Origin: Ignavibacteriota bacterium
Lineage (GTDB): Bacteria > Bacteroidota > Ignavibacteria > UBA10030
Direction: 5' to 3'
Assembly: GCA_963727825.1 (NCBI GenBank)
Contig: CAVSHO010000012.1
Span: 12,061 to 76,060 of the forward strand
DNA: 64,000 nucleotides
Below the pieces are notes generated by a model, which was not told the origin of the DNA, ran no database searches, and saw only the letters and a list, made by a program, of their open reading frames with translations. How positions within the stretch are numbered: the first letter of the stretch is position 1; each line of letters starts with the position of its first letter. Position numbers and translations under genes: made by a program. Shown one piece after another: positions 54,072 through 63,722 of this stretch.

Positions 54072-54929
54072 TTACTTTACCAGCACAGTTTTTACCATTG
54101 CATTTATGGACATTGTTGAAGCGCCGGTTTGCGATCCTGTAGCAGTCGTCGTCATTTCGGTTTCGCTCGATTGTTCCGAGGAAATGAATTCACGTTCTTC
54201 AGGCGCAAAATACGCCGTGCCTTTGATCTTTACTGTTCCATCAATTGTTACATCGGCTCCATTCTGGTTACCGCTTCCTTCGATCGTGCTCGTTCCAGCG
54301 ATTGCAATCTTCCAGCAATTGAAATCATTTTTCTTTTCTGTCCCGACAATATTAAATACAATATTCGGTTTCACTATCATTTTCATCCCGCTTCGGAATA
54401 TTGTATCAGGCTGATCTTTCTTCCATGAACCGTTCAAATCCAATTCTTTCTCCGGGAACTCAAGCAAGATCTCTTTAAATAGATCCGATGGTGTTACATT
54501 CGCCATCATCTGTTCACGTGAAGGAGGAATAGTATCAATAGGCTCAACCGAAAGAGTCTTTCCTCTATCCGTCATAACAACTTTGATTCGTTTGCCAATA
54601 TATTCCTGCATAGCTATCGTACTGTCGTTGAACCCCATCATCGGCATATTTAATTTGATGTTAAACCTTTCGAACTTTGCAGTCAATGCTATAACGCCAT
54701 CACTCGTATTTATAAGCGAGATTGAGTAATCGAGATCGGTGCCGGATGCCATTGAGAACTCCTGTCCCATCGACTGACCGGATATCTTATTCTCAACAAC
54801 GGTTGAATATTTTAATGCTTTCCCCTTTTCAAAATTGTAGCGTAGCTTTTGGCCTGCAATACTGATTTGAATACATAGCAGAAAAGAGAAAATCGCAATA
54901 GTAAATACAAGAATTGTTCGCAAACGCAT
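54072..54929 (-). CDS. Secreted hypothetical protein
   Basis: Signal peptide then KLRYNFEKG; beta-rich. Confidence 0.7.
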   Translation of the reverse strand: MRLRTILVFTIAIFSFLLCIQISIAGQKLRYNFEKGKALKYSTVVENKISGQSMGQEFSMASGTDLDYSISLINTSDGVIALTAKFERFNIKLNMPMMGFNDSTIAMQEYIGKRIKVVMTDRGKTLSVEPIDTIPPSREQMMANVTPSDLFKEILLEFPEKELDLNGSWKKDQPDTIFRSGMKMIVKPNIVFNIVGTEKKNDFNCWKIAIAGTSTIEGSGNQNGADVTIDGTVKIKGTAYFAPEEREFISSEQSSETEMTTTATGSQTGASTMSINAMVKTVLVK

Positions 54930-55148
54930 AAATATTCTCCTTTTTTAGAATTGTGAATAAGAACAATAATCACAGGCGAAGCCTTCATGAATTAGGATAA
55001 GCTAATATGTTGCCGACCGAACACCAACTCCTGAAGCATGGTAGGAATAATTTAAACCGTCTGCAAGTGTGGAAACAAGAATGGAATGTTTTCAATTGTC
55101 TCTTTTTCTTCTTACTTTTATGCCGTAAAAATTATCGAGGGTTGAATT

Positions 55149-56864
55149 ATGTTTTCACAATACGGCGGTAAAACAGACCAACAACACTTCACATTGCAAT
55201 ATATCATTGATGAAAGCTGCAAAAAAAACTCATCTAATATAGCACTTTCTTATACCGATGAAGAGCCAATAAGTTATTCTGAAATGAAACGGCAGATTGA
55301 TCATCTTTCCGGTTTTTTAAAGAATCAAGGCGTGACGCATGGTGACCGTGTAGCAATCTTAGGCGAGAATAGCCCACAATGGGGTATTGCATATTTTGCT
55401 ATTACGACTATGGGCGCAATTGTAGTACCAATTTTGCCTGATTTTAATACTTCAGAGATTCATCATATATTAGGACACTCCGGTAGTAAAGTCATTTTCA
55501 TATCTGAGCGTTACTATTATAAAATTGAAGATTTAGAATTTACTGAATTCAACAGCGTCATTTTATTAAACGACTTTTCCATTATTAATCCGGAAATATC
55601 AAAAGCAACACTTCGTCAGCTGATAACAGAAGGAAGCAAAGAGCTACGCAAAATCAGGAACCTTGTTTTAAGTTTGGCGGGATTCATTCCAAAAGAAATC
55701 AAAGAAGATGACATCGCTTCTATTATATATACATCGGGAACCACGGGACATTCGAAGGGCGTAATGCTAACTCATAAGAATATTGTCTGGAATGCATCTG
55801 CGTCATCAAAGATACCGGATTTTAAGTCGAGCGACCGCATGCTGTCCATTCTTCCTTTAGCTCACGTTTATGAATGCACACTTGGTTTAGTGCTTCCAAT
55901 TATTTGTGGAGCTTCTGTCTATTATGTAAAGAAACCTCCCACAACCGCTGTTCTGCTTCCAGCATTGGAAACGGTGAAACCGACAGCCATGTTAACTGTC
56001 CCATTGATAATTGAAAAAATGTACAAGATGCGTATTTTACCTGAAATCAAAAAGCAATTTTTTGTTAGGCTCATTTATAAGTTTCCCATGGTACGCAAAC
56101 GTATCCACAAAATTGCAGGTAACAAACTGAAGGCAACATTTGGCGGTGCAATGAGATTTTTTGGAATCGGTGGTTCCGCTCTCGCTCCAGAAGTGGAACG
56201 TTTCCTTCGTGAAGCAGAATTTCCGTATGCTATTGGTTATGGGCTGACAGAAACATCGCCGCTTATTGCAGGGGCAAATGCAGAAAGGACACGATATAGA
56301 TCCACGGGTCCTATTGTTCCCGGACTGGAAGTGCGAATCGAAAACCAGGATTCAAAAACCGGCATAGGAGAAATTGTTGTGCGTGGCCCAAGCATTATGA
56401 AGGGGTACTATCGCGATCCTGGCCTGACAACAGAAGTGTTATCACAAGAAGGCTGGTTCCATACAGGCGATCTTGGAAGCTTCGATAAGAATGGTTATCT
56501 ATATATCAATGGCCGTTTAAAAAACGTCATTATCGGACCAAACGGCGAGAATATTTATCCTGAGGTTATCGAATCTGTCATCAACCGATTAGATATCATT
56601 CTCGAATCTCTTGTCTATCAAGATGAAGGGCAACTCGTAGCCCGCGTATATCTCGATTACGAAAAACTTGATGTTGAATTCTCTAATCTAGGTTTGACTG
56701 AATCACAAGCGCGTGAGCGTATTAGGCAGATTTGTGAAGATATTAGGAAACAAGTGAACGAACAAGTCTCGTCGTTTTCACGCCTCGCTCGCGTCATCGA
56801 ACAATCAGAACCATTTGAAAAGACTCCCACTCAAAAGATCAAGCGATATCTCTACGCCAATTGA
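55149..56864 (+). CDS. Long-chain fatty acid-CoA ligase (AMP-binding)
   Basis: YTSGTTGHSKG, GYGLTET and HTGDLG. Confidence 0.92.
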   Translation: MFSQYGGKTDQQHFTLQYIIDESCKKNSSNIALSYTDEEPISYSEMKRQIDHLSGFLKNQGVTHGDRVAILGENSPQWGIAYFAITTMGAIVVPILPDFNTSEIHHILGHSGSKVIFISERYYYKIEDLEFTEFNSVILLNDFSIINPEISKATLRQLITEGSKELRKIRNLVLSLAGFIPKEIKEDDIASIIYTSGTTGHSKGVMLTHKNIVWNASASSKIPDFKSSDRMLSILPLAHVYECTLGLVLPIICGASVYYVKKPPTTAVLLPALETVKPTAMLTVPLIIEKMYKMRILPEIKKQFFVRLIYKFPMVRKRIHKIAGNKLKATFGGAMRFFGIGGSALAPEVERFLREAEFPYAIGYGLTETSPLIAGANAERTRYRSTGPIVPGLEVRIENQDSKTGIGEIVVRGPSIMKGYYRDPGLTTEVLSQEGWFHTGDLGSFDKNGYLYINGRLKNVIIGPNGENIYPEVIESVINRLDIILESLVYQDEGQLVARVYLDYEKLDVEFSNLGLTESQARERIRQICEDIRKQVNEQVSSFSRLARVIEQSEPFEKTPTQKIKRYLYAN

Positions 56865-57002
56865 ATAAGACATTCTATCCTATATAGCATAGTTAATTGC
56901 TTCCTAATTTGAAGAAAAATATCATTTCTGCATTTGGAATAATTATGTCAAGAAAATATTTTTAGGCTTAAAAACAACATGAAATTATTTTTCAAAAAAA
57001 AC

Positions 57003-57031
57003 TTGACAATTAAGCACTTGAGATATATCTT
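57003..57031 (+). promoter_or_regulatory. Near-consensus sigma70 promoter
   Basis: TTGACA-17 bp-TATCTT. Confidence 0.65.
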
Positions 57032-57036
57032 ATGAC

Positions 57037-57110
57037 GTGCAGTCTCCCCGACTGCACATAGTTAGCCTCCCTATACCCCGGCGTCTGGTAGTGCGTCGGG
57101 GTATTTTTTT
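57037..57110 (+). ncRNA. Candidate small RNA of about 75 nt
   Basis: Starts just after the promoter. 5' hairpin GTGCAGTC-TCCCC-GACTGCAC, C-rich linker, terminator ATACCCCGGCG..CGTCGGGGTAT plus T-run; no ORF. Confidence 0.55.
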
Positions 57111-57274
57111 TGCCGTTCATTAGACTAACTTTCTAATTAAAATATTGCCCGTGCTTGCCCTGCTTGCGTAGGGCACTACGGCAGGTAGGTATGTATTTTG
57201 CAGTGAGCCGCCCCGTCTTCTTTTTGGCGGACTCATTCTATCTGCTTGAGCGCCTGTTTAGTCGAGGAGGTTGT

Positions 57275-58081
57275 TTATCTTTTCTGCTGATTATATTCGT
57301 TCACATACTTTGCAATTTCCACCATTGGAGCAATCCATATCTGTCCTTCGTTTTCTTTGAGGAAATGTAATAATTTGCTATGTGCTTCCAACGAAACATT
57401 TATTGAATGCTCACCGCCAACTCCATGAAAAAGAAATACAATAAGAGAGTTAGTATCCATTGCTTTCTTTACCAATGCTATAAGCGCATCGCCAGATTCG
57501 CCGTTTATCATATAGGATCCGATATCATATAAATCAATTTCATTGATTCTTTTCATTTTTCCTTCTATACCCCTTGCTGCAATAAACTTACTCTTTACTT
57601 TCGATACATAAGAAGAATCGCCTGCGAGAGTATCTCCGCATGGATATGCAAATGTTCTCATCGTTTTTCCATCGATAGCATTCAGTAAAACATTGGCCAT
57701 CTCAATTTCGTCGTTCATTCGTTGTATGGAATATGTATGGAGATCATAATCTGGCTGAACCCATTTTCTATCCGGTCTATTCCCTTCGCAAGGATGAAAT
57801 AATGTGTGATTTCCAAGTTCATTACCTTTTGCCGCCACCGTTCTCCATTCGGCTGACCGGTCGCGAAACCCCTGGAAAAACCCTGATATATAAAATGTAG
57901 CCTTAAGTCCCAGAGAATCTAAAATCGGAATTACATTGTCTAAATCTACATTCAAAGCATCGTCATATGTGAGACAAACTGCACATTTCTTATTATGCCA
58001 TACGTTATTTTCTTGAGCTTGTACAAAAGTTGCCGAAAGGATAATAATAAAACAAAGCAATATTAATATTTGTTTTATCAT
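57275..58081 (-). CDS. Secreted polysaccharide deacetylase (CE4)
   Basis: LTYDD, ELGNHTLFHP, FAYPCG and FLFHGV. Confidence 0.88.
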   Translation of the reverse strand: MIKQILILLCFIIILSATFVQAQENNVWHNKKCAVCLTYDDALNVDLDNVIPILDSLGLKATFYISGFFQGFRDRSAEWRTVAAKGNELGNHTLFHPCEGNRPDRKWVQPDYDLHTYSIQRMNDEIEMANVLLNAIDGKTMRTFAYPCGDTLAGDSSYVSKVKSKFIAARGIEGKMKRINEIDLYDIGSYMINGESGDALIALVKKAMDTNSLIVFLFHGVGGEHSINVSLEAHSKLLHFLKENEGQIWIAPMVEIAKYVNEYNQQKR

Positions 58082-58359
58082 AGTATAGTCAATCCATAAT
58101 TTCGTTTTCAAGTGAAAGGATTCCTTAGTTTATGATTTTACTTTTTCTGAGAAACTCTCTTATCGGTTGGATATGTACGATCAAATGCTGCGGGACTGTA
58201 GCGTTCATAATTTAATAATAGTACTAAATAAACCGAGTTTCAAGTAGATTACTTTTAATTTACATCTAGATCGCTGCAAGCCATTAATTTTACGGTGGGT
58301 TCAATGATAAATAAAGCATCTATATATGAAATGTTAATGATAAATCTGTACGATGATAT

Positions 58360-58968
58360 TCATACTCCCTTTGATCCCTTAATACCAAGGGTCAACCAAA
58401 TAAAACGTGTAAAGGTACGATGCTGGACAATAACCGACAATCCTGCCTCATTGAAACATTGACTTGTCTCTACGGGGCTCTTTACTTTGGAATGTCGAAT
58501 GAGCTTCGCAAGCCACAGGGGCTTGGATATGTCAGTCAAACAGAAGCAGCCTCCTAAGCGAAGAACTCGATTTATCTCTCGAAGAGCTGCAGGTTGGTCA
58601 CTCCAATGATGAAATGAAATGCTGCTTAATACGATATCGACGGAGGAATCAGCTAATGGCAGCGACTCTGCCGCTCCTAAATAAACCGTGGCAAATGGTA
58701 ATCGACCACGGGCTAGTTCGACCATACCCTCTGCTGGGTCAATACCAAGCAGTTGCGCCGATGGGTAAAGCGCACGTGCTTTGTGCAACAACTGCCCCGT
58801 TCCACATCCAATATCAAGGACGGTCTTTGGCTCAGCGATTTCATTGGTAACCACATCGAGCATTTCTGTGTGCACCCGATCGGCATATCGTTGAATCCAT
58901 GAGTCGTCATAAGTGCGAGACCAGCGGTTGAAATGCTCAATATCCTTTTTGCTGTTGGTGGCATTCAT
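58360..58968 (-). CDS. Class I SAM-dependent methyltransferase
   Basis: VLDIGCGTG, AESLP and SFHHW. Confidence 0.9.
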   Translation of the reverse strand: MNATNSKKDIEHFNRWSRTYDDSWIQRYADRVHTEMLDVVTNEIAEPKTVLDIGCGTGQLLHKARALYPSAQLLGIDPAEGMVELARGRLPFATVYLGAAESLPLADSSVDIVLSSISFHHWSDQPAALREINRVLRLGGCFCLTDISKPLWLAKLIRHSKVKSPVETSQCFNEAGLSVIVQHRTFTRFIWLTLGIKGSKGV

Positions 58969-59022
58969 AAGTCGAAAACTTTCATTGTAATATAATTAGA
59001 GGTTTAATTGTCATCTGCTGTG

Positions 59023-59040
59023 GCCTAACGGATAGGCGCT
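59023..59040 (-). mobile_element. Possible attC R' remnant upstream of the methyltransferase
   Basis: GCCTAACGGATAGGCGCT versus ACCTAACGGATTGGCGCT at 62248-62265. Confidence 0.55.
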
Positions 59041-59089
59041 CCGCCAACTAGCCCACTACGCATTCTGGCCGGAAAGACTGCGGACAAGT

Positions 59090-59326
59090 AAGTCCCGATT
59101 TTATCTTTGATCAAATCGAGAATCCCGTACAGCGGGACTTAACGTACCGGAGCCTGCCCCGCGTTCTTTCGCAGGGCTCATCCGGTCAACTTGTCACGAA
59201 GTGATGGAGACTGTGTAAAAAGTCTTTATTGTCACTCTGAGCGTAGCGAAGAGTCTCGTTTTCAATTCAGATTCTTCACTTCGTTCAGAATGACGAGACC
59301 CTTTTTCTGGTTTTGACACAAACTCG
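59090..59326. repeat. Cluster of hairpins and a TGTCACTCTGAGCG..TTCAGAATGAC REP-like doublet
   Basis: TCCCGTACAGCGGGA, CCTGCCCCGCGTTCTTTCGCAGGG and a doublet at about 59230-59294. Confidence 0.55.
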
Positions 59327-59411
59327 ATGCCTTCGGCAAGGGAGCTACTGATTAGGCAGTTGCAATCGATAAAATGAATGCAATTATGACCTGCACGTCG
59401 AATATACCGGT

Positions 59412-60836
59412 TTATTTTTTACTGAATGAATTGCCTTTATATTCAGGAGTGTCGGTCATAGTGCAGGTAGCTTTGTCTCCGTTTACATCAAGGAGCATAA
59501 GTTTTGGATCCTTAGCAGAATAAGGAGTCCAGACATCCTTCTCTTGACCATTCGGATTTCCGAACTTGGCAAAATTTGTCCAGTAATCTACAATTTTGTT
59601 GCTCAACGCTTTGTCGCCTTCAGTGAAAGGGCGCCAGCTGTGTGAATATGAATGAAACACATACCACAAATCAGAAGAGTGGAAAGCTCCGCTTGAATCA
59701 CCCGGTAATTGGCGTGCAAATAAATATGCAAAAGCAGGCTTGCTGCTTTTTTCTGCACGCAGGGCACAGAAATCTCTAACTGCTTTTGTCATATCCATTA
59801 AATCGTTCGCAGTGTATCCAAAGATATAAGGGATATCCGCAATTTTGCCGGCGGTCGCTTCATCACTGAAGGTACCTTCCAGCATATAATTGTCGACAAC
59901 CGGACCCCAGAAAATTCGGTTTTTAGTGGCAGCCGTGTAGTCTTTTGACATTTGCAGAAGTTCATCGAAAGAAAGTGCACGCATTTCTTTCAATGTAGTT
60001 TTCTTAAAATAGTCCATCATATTCTTGTTCGCTAACTGGGCAGTGTCGAACGAACTACTACCCATTCTAAAGTTGCCCAAGCCGCCGCCGCTCATACTTA
60101 TTGCATGGCTGATCAGGTTCTTGGACAGCGGTGAAGCACACAATGACTGAACACTTCCTGCACCTGCGCTCTGACCAAATATAGTTATGTTGTCTGGATC
60201 TCCGCCGAACTGTTGGATGTTATTATGAATCCATTTTAGTGCTGCAACCTGGTCTAATAAACCATAATTGCCCGAAACACCATGAGGACTCTCAGCCGAT
60301 AAAAGCGGGTGTGAGAAAAAGCCCATAACGCCAAGACGGTATGTTACCGTAACTAAAATGACACCTCGTGTAGCCCATTCCTCGCCACCATCCATTTCGG
60401 GTTCAAAGGCAAAACCTTCACGATAACCGCCACCGTGTATCCACATGGCAACAGGGAGTTTCTTATTCGTTTGGCCTGCAGCGGGAGTCCAAATATTCAG
60501 ATAGAGACAGTCCTCGCCGAATGGAACAGAGCCGCTGGCTCGCCATTCCTTGCCGTAAAAACTCTTCGGATCCCATGTTACTTGCTCGGCAGCAGCACCG
60601 TATTTATCTGCTGCTTTTACACCTTCCCAGGATACTACAGGCTGTGGCTCCTTCCATCGCAAGTCATCAACCGGAGGCGCTGCAAAAGGGATGCCCTTAT
60701 ACGCAATAATACCCTTCGTTGGAGTCTGTACTCCAATTACCTTACCACCATCAATGGTCAATACAGGATTAAAATCTTTGCTTAGGACAAATCCCGATAA
60801 CATGCATATCAAAAGAAACAATAATAATTTTTTCAT
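59412..60836 (-). CDS. Type-B carboxylesterase, secreted
   Basis: GIPFAAPP, EDCLYLN, HGGG and GQSAG nucleophile. Confidence 0.93.
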   Translation of the reverse strand: MKKLLLFLLICMLSGFVLSKDFNPVLTIDGGKVIGVQTPTKGIIAYKGIPFAAPPVDDLRWKEPQPVVSWEGVKAADKYGAAAEQVTWDPKSFYGKEWRASGSVPFGEDCLYLNIWTPAAGQTNKKLPVAMWIHGGGYREGFAFEPEMDGGEEWATRGVILVTVTYRLGVMGFFSHPLLSAESPHGVSGNYGLLDQVAALKWIHNNIQQFGGDPDNITIFGQSAGAGSVQSLCASPLSKNLISHAISMSGGGLGNFRMGSSSFDTAQLANKNMMDYFKKTTLKEMRALSFDELLQMSKDYTAATKNRIFWGPVVDNYMLEGTFSDEATAGKIADIPYIFGYTANDLMDMTKAVRDFCALRAEKSSKPAFAYLFARQLPGDSSGAFHSSDLWYVFHSYSHSWRPFTEGDKALSNKIVDYWTNFAKFGNPNGQEKDVWTPYSAKDPKLMLLDVNGDKATCTMTDTPEYKGNSFSKK

Positions 60837-60957
60837 AAGATACCCAATTTTTGATTAATGGAATAACAACGTTAATTACAAAGTAAATATAATTAAAAAG
60901 TTCTATCGAATCTAAAAAAATTATAAAGCTACGGACTAATCACAAAAGGCTGAAAAA

Positions 60958-61002
60958 CGTCAGCTTGTCCGAAGGACTCCTTTGGAGAGCCGCTGGTTAG
61001 GG
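60958..61002 (-). mobile_element. Terminal attC, truncated and interrupted by a 20-bp hairpin
   Basis: GTCAGCTTG [TCCGAAGGACTCCTTTGGAG] AGCCGCTGGTTAGGG. Confidence 0.75.
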
Positions 61003-61008
61003 CGCATT

Positions 61009-61620
61009 TTATTCTTTGACTTTTTCTTGCGATGAAATAAATTTTCCTTCAAATCCTGCTGATTCAATGGAGTGAATAGGTTGCTCCAGAATTAATCGCA
61101 AGGTCAAATCAGCTTCACTGATATTAATGTCATTATATCCAAGCTGCTCAATGACTCGCTTTGATAATTTTTTGATAATTTTATTACGAAGCTCAAGGCG
61201 TTCCGCTTCTAATTCGGCAACTCTTGTATTAGCCCTCATCGCGCGTTTTTCATAGCGATTTCGATAACATAGGTCTTTCAATAACTCGCGCAACTCTGCC
61301 ATAACTTTACCTACTCCGATAAAATCAGCAAATCCTGGAGATGAAATTTGAATTCTCTTCAATATAAGTCCGGAAGAATCCTCTACGGAACAAACAGAAT
61401 TAAATATATCTCTTCTTTGAAAAGGTGTGGGACGATTACTCTTAAATAGACCAATTAAAACATCCTTTTCTTCTGGTTGACATAAATTGATAAAATCATA
61501 TATGAATGCAATAGATTCCATGAATTCGGAGAACAAATGAATATTCCATTCACCGTCAAGTTGCAGTCTCAACAATTTGATTTCGACTTCTTCGTCAACT
61601 AAAAGATCGTTTATATCCAT
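61009..61620 (-). CDS. Hypothetical cassette protein
   Basis: 203-aa ORF filling the space between two attC sites. Confidence 0.75.
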   Translation of the reverse strand: MDINDLLVDEEVEIKLLRLQLDGEWNIHLFSEFMESIAFIYDFINLCQPEEKDVLIGLFKSNRPTPFQRRDIFNSVCSVEDSSGLILKRIQISSPGFADFIGVGKVMAELRELLKDLCYRNRYEKRAMRANTRVAELEAERLELRNKIIKKLSKRVIEQLGYNDINISEADLTLRLILEQPIHSIESAGFEGKFISSQEKVKE

Positions 61621-61642
61621 ATTTGTATTTTCTTAAAATGCG

Positions 61643-61801
61643 CCCTAACGGACTGCGGCTAAGCTGCCGCGTGACCAAATTTCAAAACACACTAAACGAA
61701 ACGAGTTCATTATGAAAAAGAAATTATTAAGAACCGAAACCTCTACTCGCCATGCTTAACGCATCAACGCTCATTCGGTCAGCTTGAGCCGCGGGTTAGG
61801 C
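61643..61801 (-). mobile_element. attC site (159 bp)
   Basis: R boxes CCCTAAC / GTTAGGC. Arms GCGGCT-AAGCTG-CCG and CGG-T-CAGCTT-G-AGCCGC leave an extrahelical T and G. Confidence 0.88.
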
Positions 61802-61814
61802 GGCAGTTATAAAT

Positions 61815-62222
61815 TTATTTAATTCCTTTCGCAGAAAGGCTCGCCATATATTTCCTGTCAACTCCAAGAACATGATTAGTATACCATTCTGTTAAATACG
61901 TTAGCATATCACGTTGTATTTCCACTCCTTTCAATGATACTTCTTGAGATAATGCAAACACCTTTTTTATGAAATCAAGATGTAAACCAACATGCCACAA
62001 CAATTCAGGATACTCAGCTTCCTTCATAAATCGTTCTTCAGTTGCAAAATGGTTGTAGGCGTAGTTGATAAGAGAATCAAGAATAACCGATGTAGCTTTC
62101 CATTCATTCTCTTTCTCAATAGAGACGATGAGTTGATTTATAATGTCAAGCAAACCGCGATGTTGAAGATCGATTTCTTTTACACCAACAGAAAATCGTT
62201 CTGTCCAAGGTATTGGCTTCAT
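61815..62222 (-). CDS. Bacteriohemerythrin (cassette-borne)
   Basis: W..FSVG..EID.QH, HFATEE, H..LH and W..NHVL..D. Confidence 0.92.
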   Translation of the reverse strand: MKPIPWTERFSVGVKEIDLQHRGLLDIINQLIVSIEKENEWKATSVILDSLINYAYNHFATEERFMKEAEYPELLWHVGLHLDFIKKVFALSQEVSLKGVEIQRDMLTYLTEWYTNHVLGVDRKYMASLSAKGIK

Positions 62223-62247
62223 AGCATATCTCCTTTATTGACTGCCG

Positions 62248-62406
62248 ACCTAACGGATTGGCGCTAAGCTGCGGCGTGACCAACTTTCAATTTGCACAAA
62301 ACGAACTGAGTTCACGCTGATAAATAAATTATTAAGCATCTAAAACTTTAAACGCAATGTAAATTGCTCCCACGCTCATTCCGTCGGCTTGAGCGCCTGG
62401 TTAGGC
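62248..62406 (-). mobile_element. attC site (159 bp)
   Basis: ACCTAAC..GGCGCTAAGCTGCGG / CCGTCGGCTTGAGCGCC..GTTAGGC. Confidence 0.88.
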
Positions 62407-62426
62407 GTTACGGCATATTTATTATT

Positions 62427-63029
62427 CTATGGAATCACAAAATTTGCATATTCTGTAAAATTACTTTGAATGTCTTTGGCATCGGTTTTAAAATCTTTGA
62501 GAGCTTTTTTCGTCGCGTCATAAATATCTTCGAGTTGTTTTTTGTTAGGTGCTACTGGAAGTTCAGGTTTGTTTTCTGACCAATGAGCAAGAGCTAGATC
62601 ACATGATTTAACATAACTCTCTTTATCTTTTCCTGCTCCATCAATGATTTGATATACACCAATAACAGCGGCAATAATAGCACCCGCAGCACCAACGCCA
62701 ACCTTTGTATCTGTCGGAACATAAGCGCTTACCAAAGTTGCAGTAATTGCTCCAGTCGCTGTAGCTATGGCTCCGTAGATAACTAGGCGATCCTTTGATT
62801 GCCCTAACCCCTTTCTGTAGCGTTGTGTGGAAATATTAATATTATCTCTCAACTTATCGCCATCATTTGTAAGCTTTTGAATTGCTAAATTATAATCTTC
62901 GATGGATGGGGGCTTTGAACCCGTCATTAACGCTGCTTTATCAATTTGTTCTTGTTGTAGGATTGTCGTTGGTGTGCAACCCCATACAAAGAGAGAAAGA
63001 ATTATGAATAAGATTTTGTTTAATCGCAT
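62427..63029 (-). CDS. Cassette lipoprotein with two Gly/Ala-rich hydrophobic helices
   Basis: Lipobox VWGC, GAGGA ribosome-binding site, hydrophobic segments at about aa 80-130. Confidence 0.75.
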   Translation of the reverse strand: MRLNKILFIILSLFVWGCTPTTILQQEQIDKAALMTGSKPPSIEDYNLAIQKLTNDGDKLRDNINISTQRYRKGLGQSKDRLVIYGAIATATGAITATLVSAYVPTDTKVGVGAAGAIIAAVIGVYQIIDGAGKDKESYVKSCDLALAHWSENKPELPVAPNKKQLEDIYDATKKALKDFKTDAKDIQSNFTEYANFVIP

Positions 63030-63088
63030 AACATGTCCTCCTTTATAATGGTTAAAAATTTGTCATGATTAAGAATATTATACGTAAC

Positions 63089-63283
63089 ACCTAACGGACG
63101 GGTGCTAAGCTGCCGCACTGATAACTTTCAAAATATACCAAACGAAACGAGTTCATGCTCCTAACCAAATTGATAAATATCAAAGTTATAGGTACTAAAA
63201 ATTGAATAGTGAAAACGATAACCCACCACCAGCAATGCTTAACGTACCACGCTAAATCGGTCAGCTTGAGCACCTTGTTATGC
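63089..63283 (-). mobile_element. attC site (195 bp)
   Basis: ACCTAAC..GGTGCTAAGCTGCCG / CGGTCAGCTTGAGCACC..GTTATGC. Confidence 0.88.
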
Positions 63284-63528
63284 CAAACAACTTTCAATGT
63301 ACTACTAATGGTTAAAACACAACGACCGATATTCTCAATATTCACTCAACGAAATAGATTGTTGCGCGTGTGGTGCGCTTATTAAATTCCCGTCCCCTAC
63401 TTTCCAAGAACGATAGTACTTATGAAAACGTAACTCTACTTTTTCCATCAACGTCGATTGGTGGAAGTAAAATCTCAAAATATTTTGGTACTTGCAATGA
63501 AAACAATCTTACGCGCACCGCACGCGCG
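63284..63528 (-). other. ORF-less gene cassette
   Basis: Bounded by matching GTTATGCC / GGCATAAC; no self-contained ORF; internal 18-bp inverted repeat. Confidence 0.7.
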
Positions 63529-63722
63529 GCATAACGGACGGGTGCTAAGCTGCGGCGTTGAAAAGCTGCAATATGCACCAAACGAAATAAGTTCACGCTA
63601 ATAACCATATTTAATTTACTCAACCAACGAGGGACGAAAAGTTAATTATAAAAACAATAACCCACCACCAGCAATGCTTAACGTACTTAGCTGCAACCGT
63701 CAGCTTGAGCACCTGGTTAGGT
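63529..63722 (-). mobile_element. attC site (194 bp)
   Basis: GCATAAC..GGTGCTAAGCTGCGG / CCGTCAGCTTGAGCACC..GTTAGGT. Confidence 0.88.

Noticed and set aside
59209-59326. IS element with terminal inverted repeats (GACTGTGTAAAAA / TTTTGACACAAACTC)
   Set aside because: The repeats are imperfect, with no transposase or clear target duplication; recorded only as a repeat cluster.
63091-63623. ORFs 63091-63345 and 63420-63623
   Set aside because: They run through attC sites and cross cassette boundaries.
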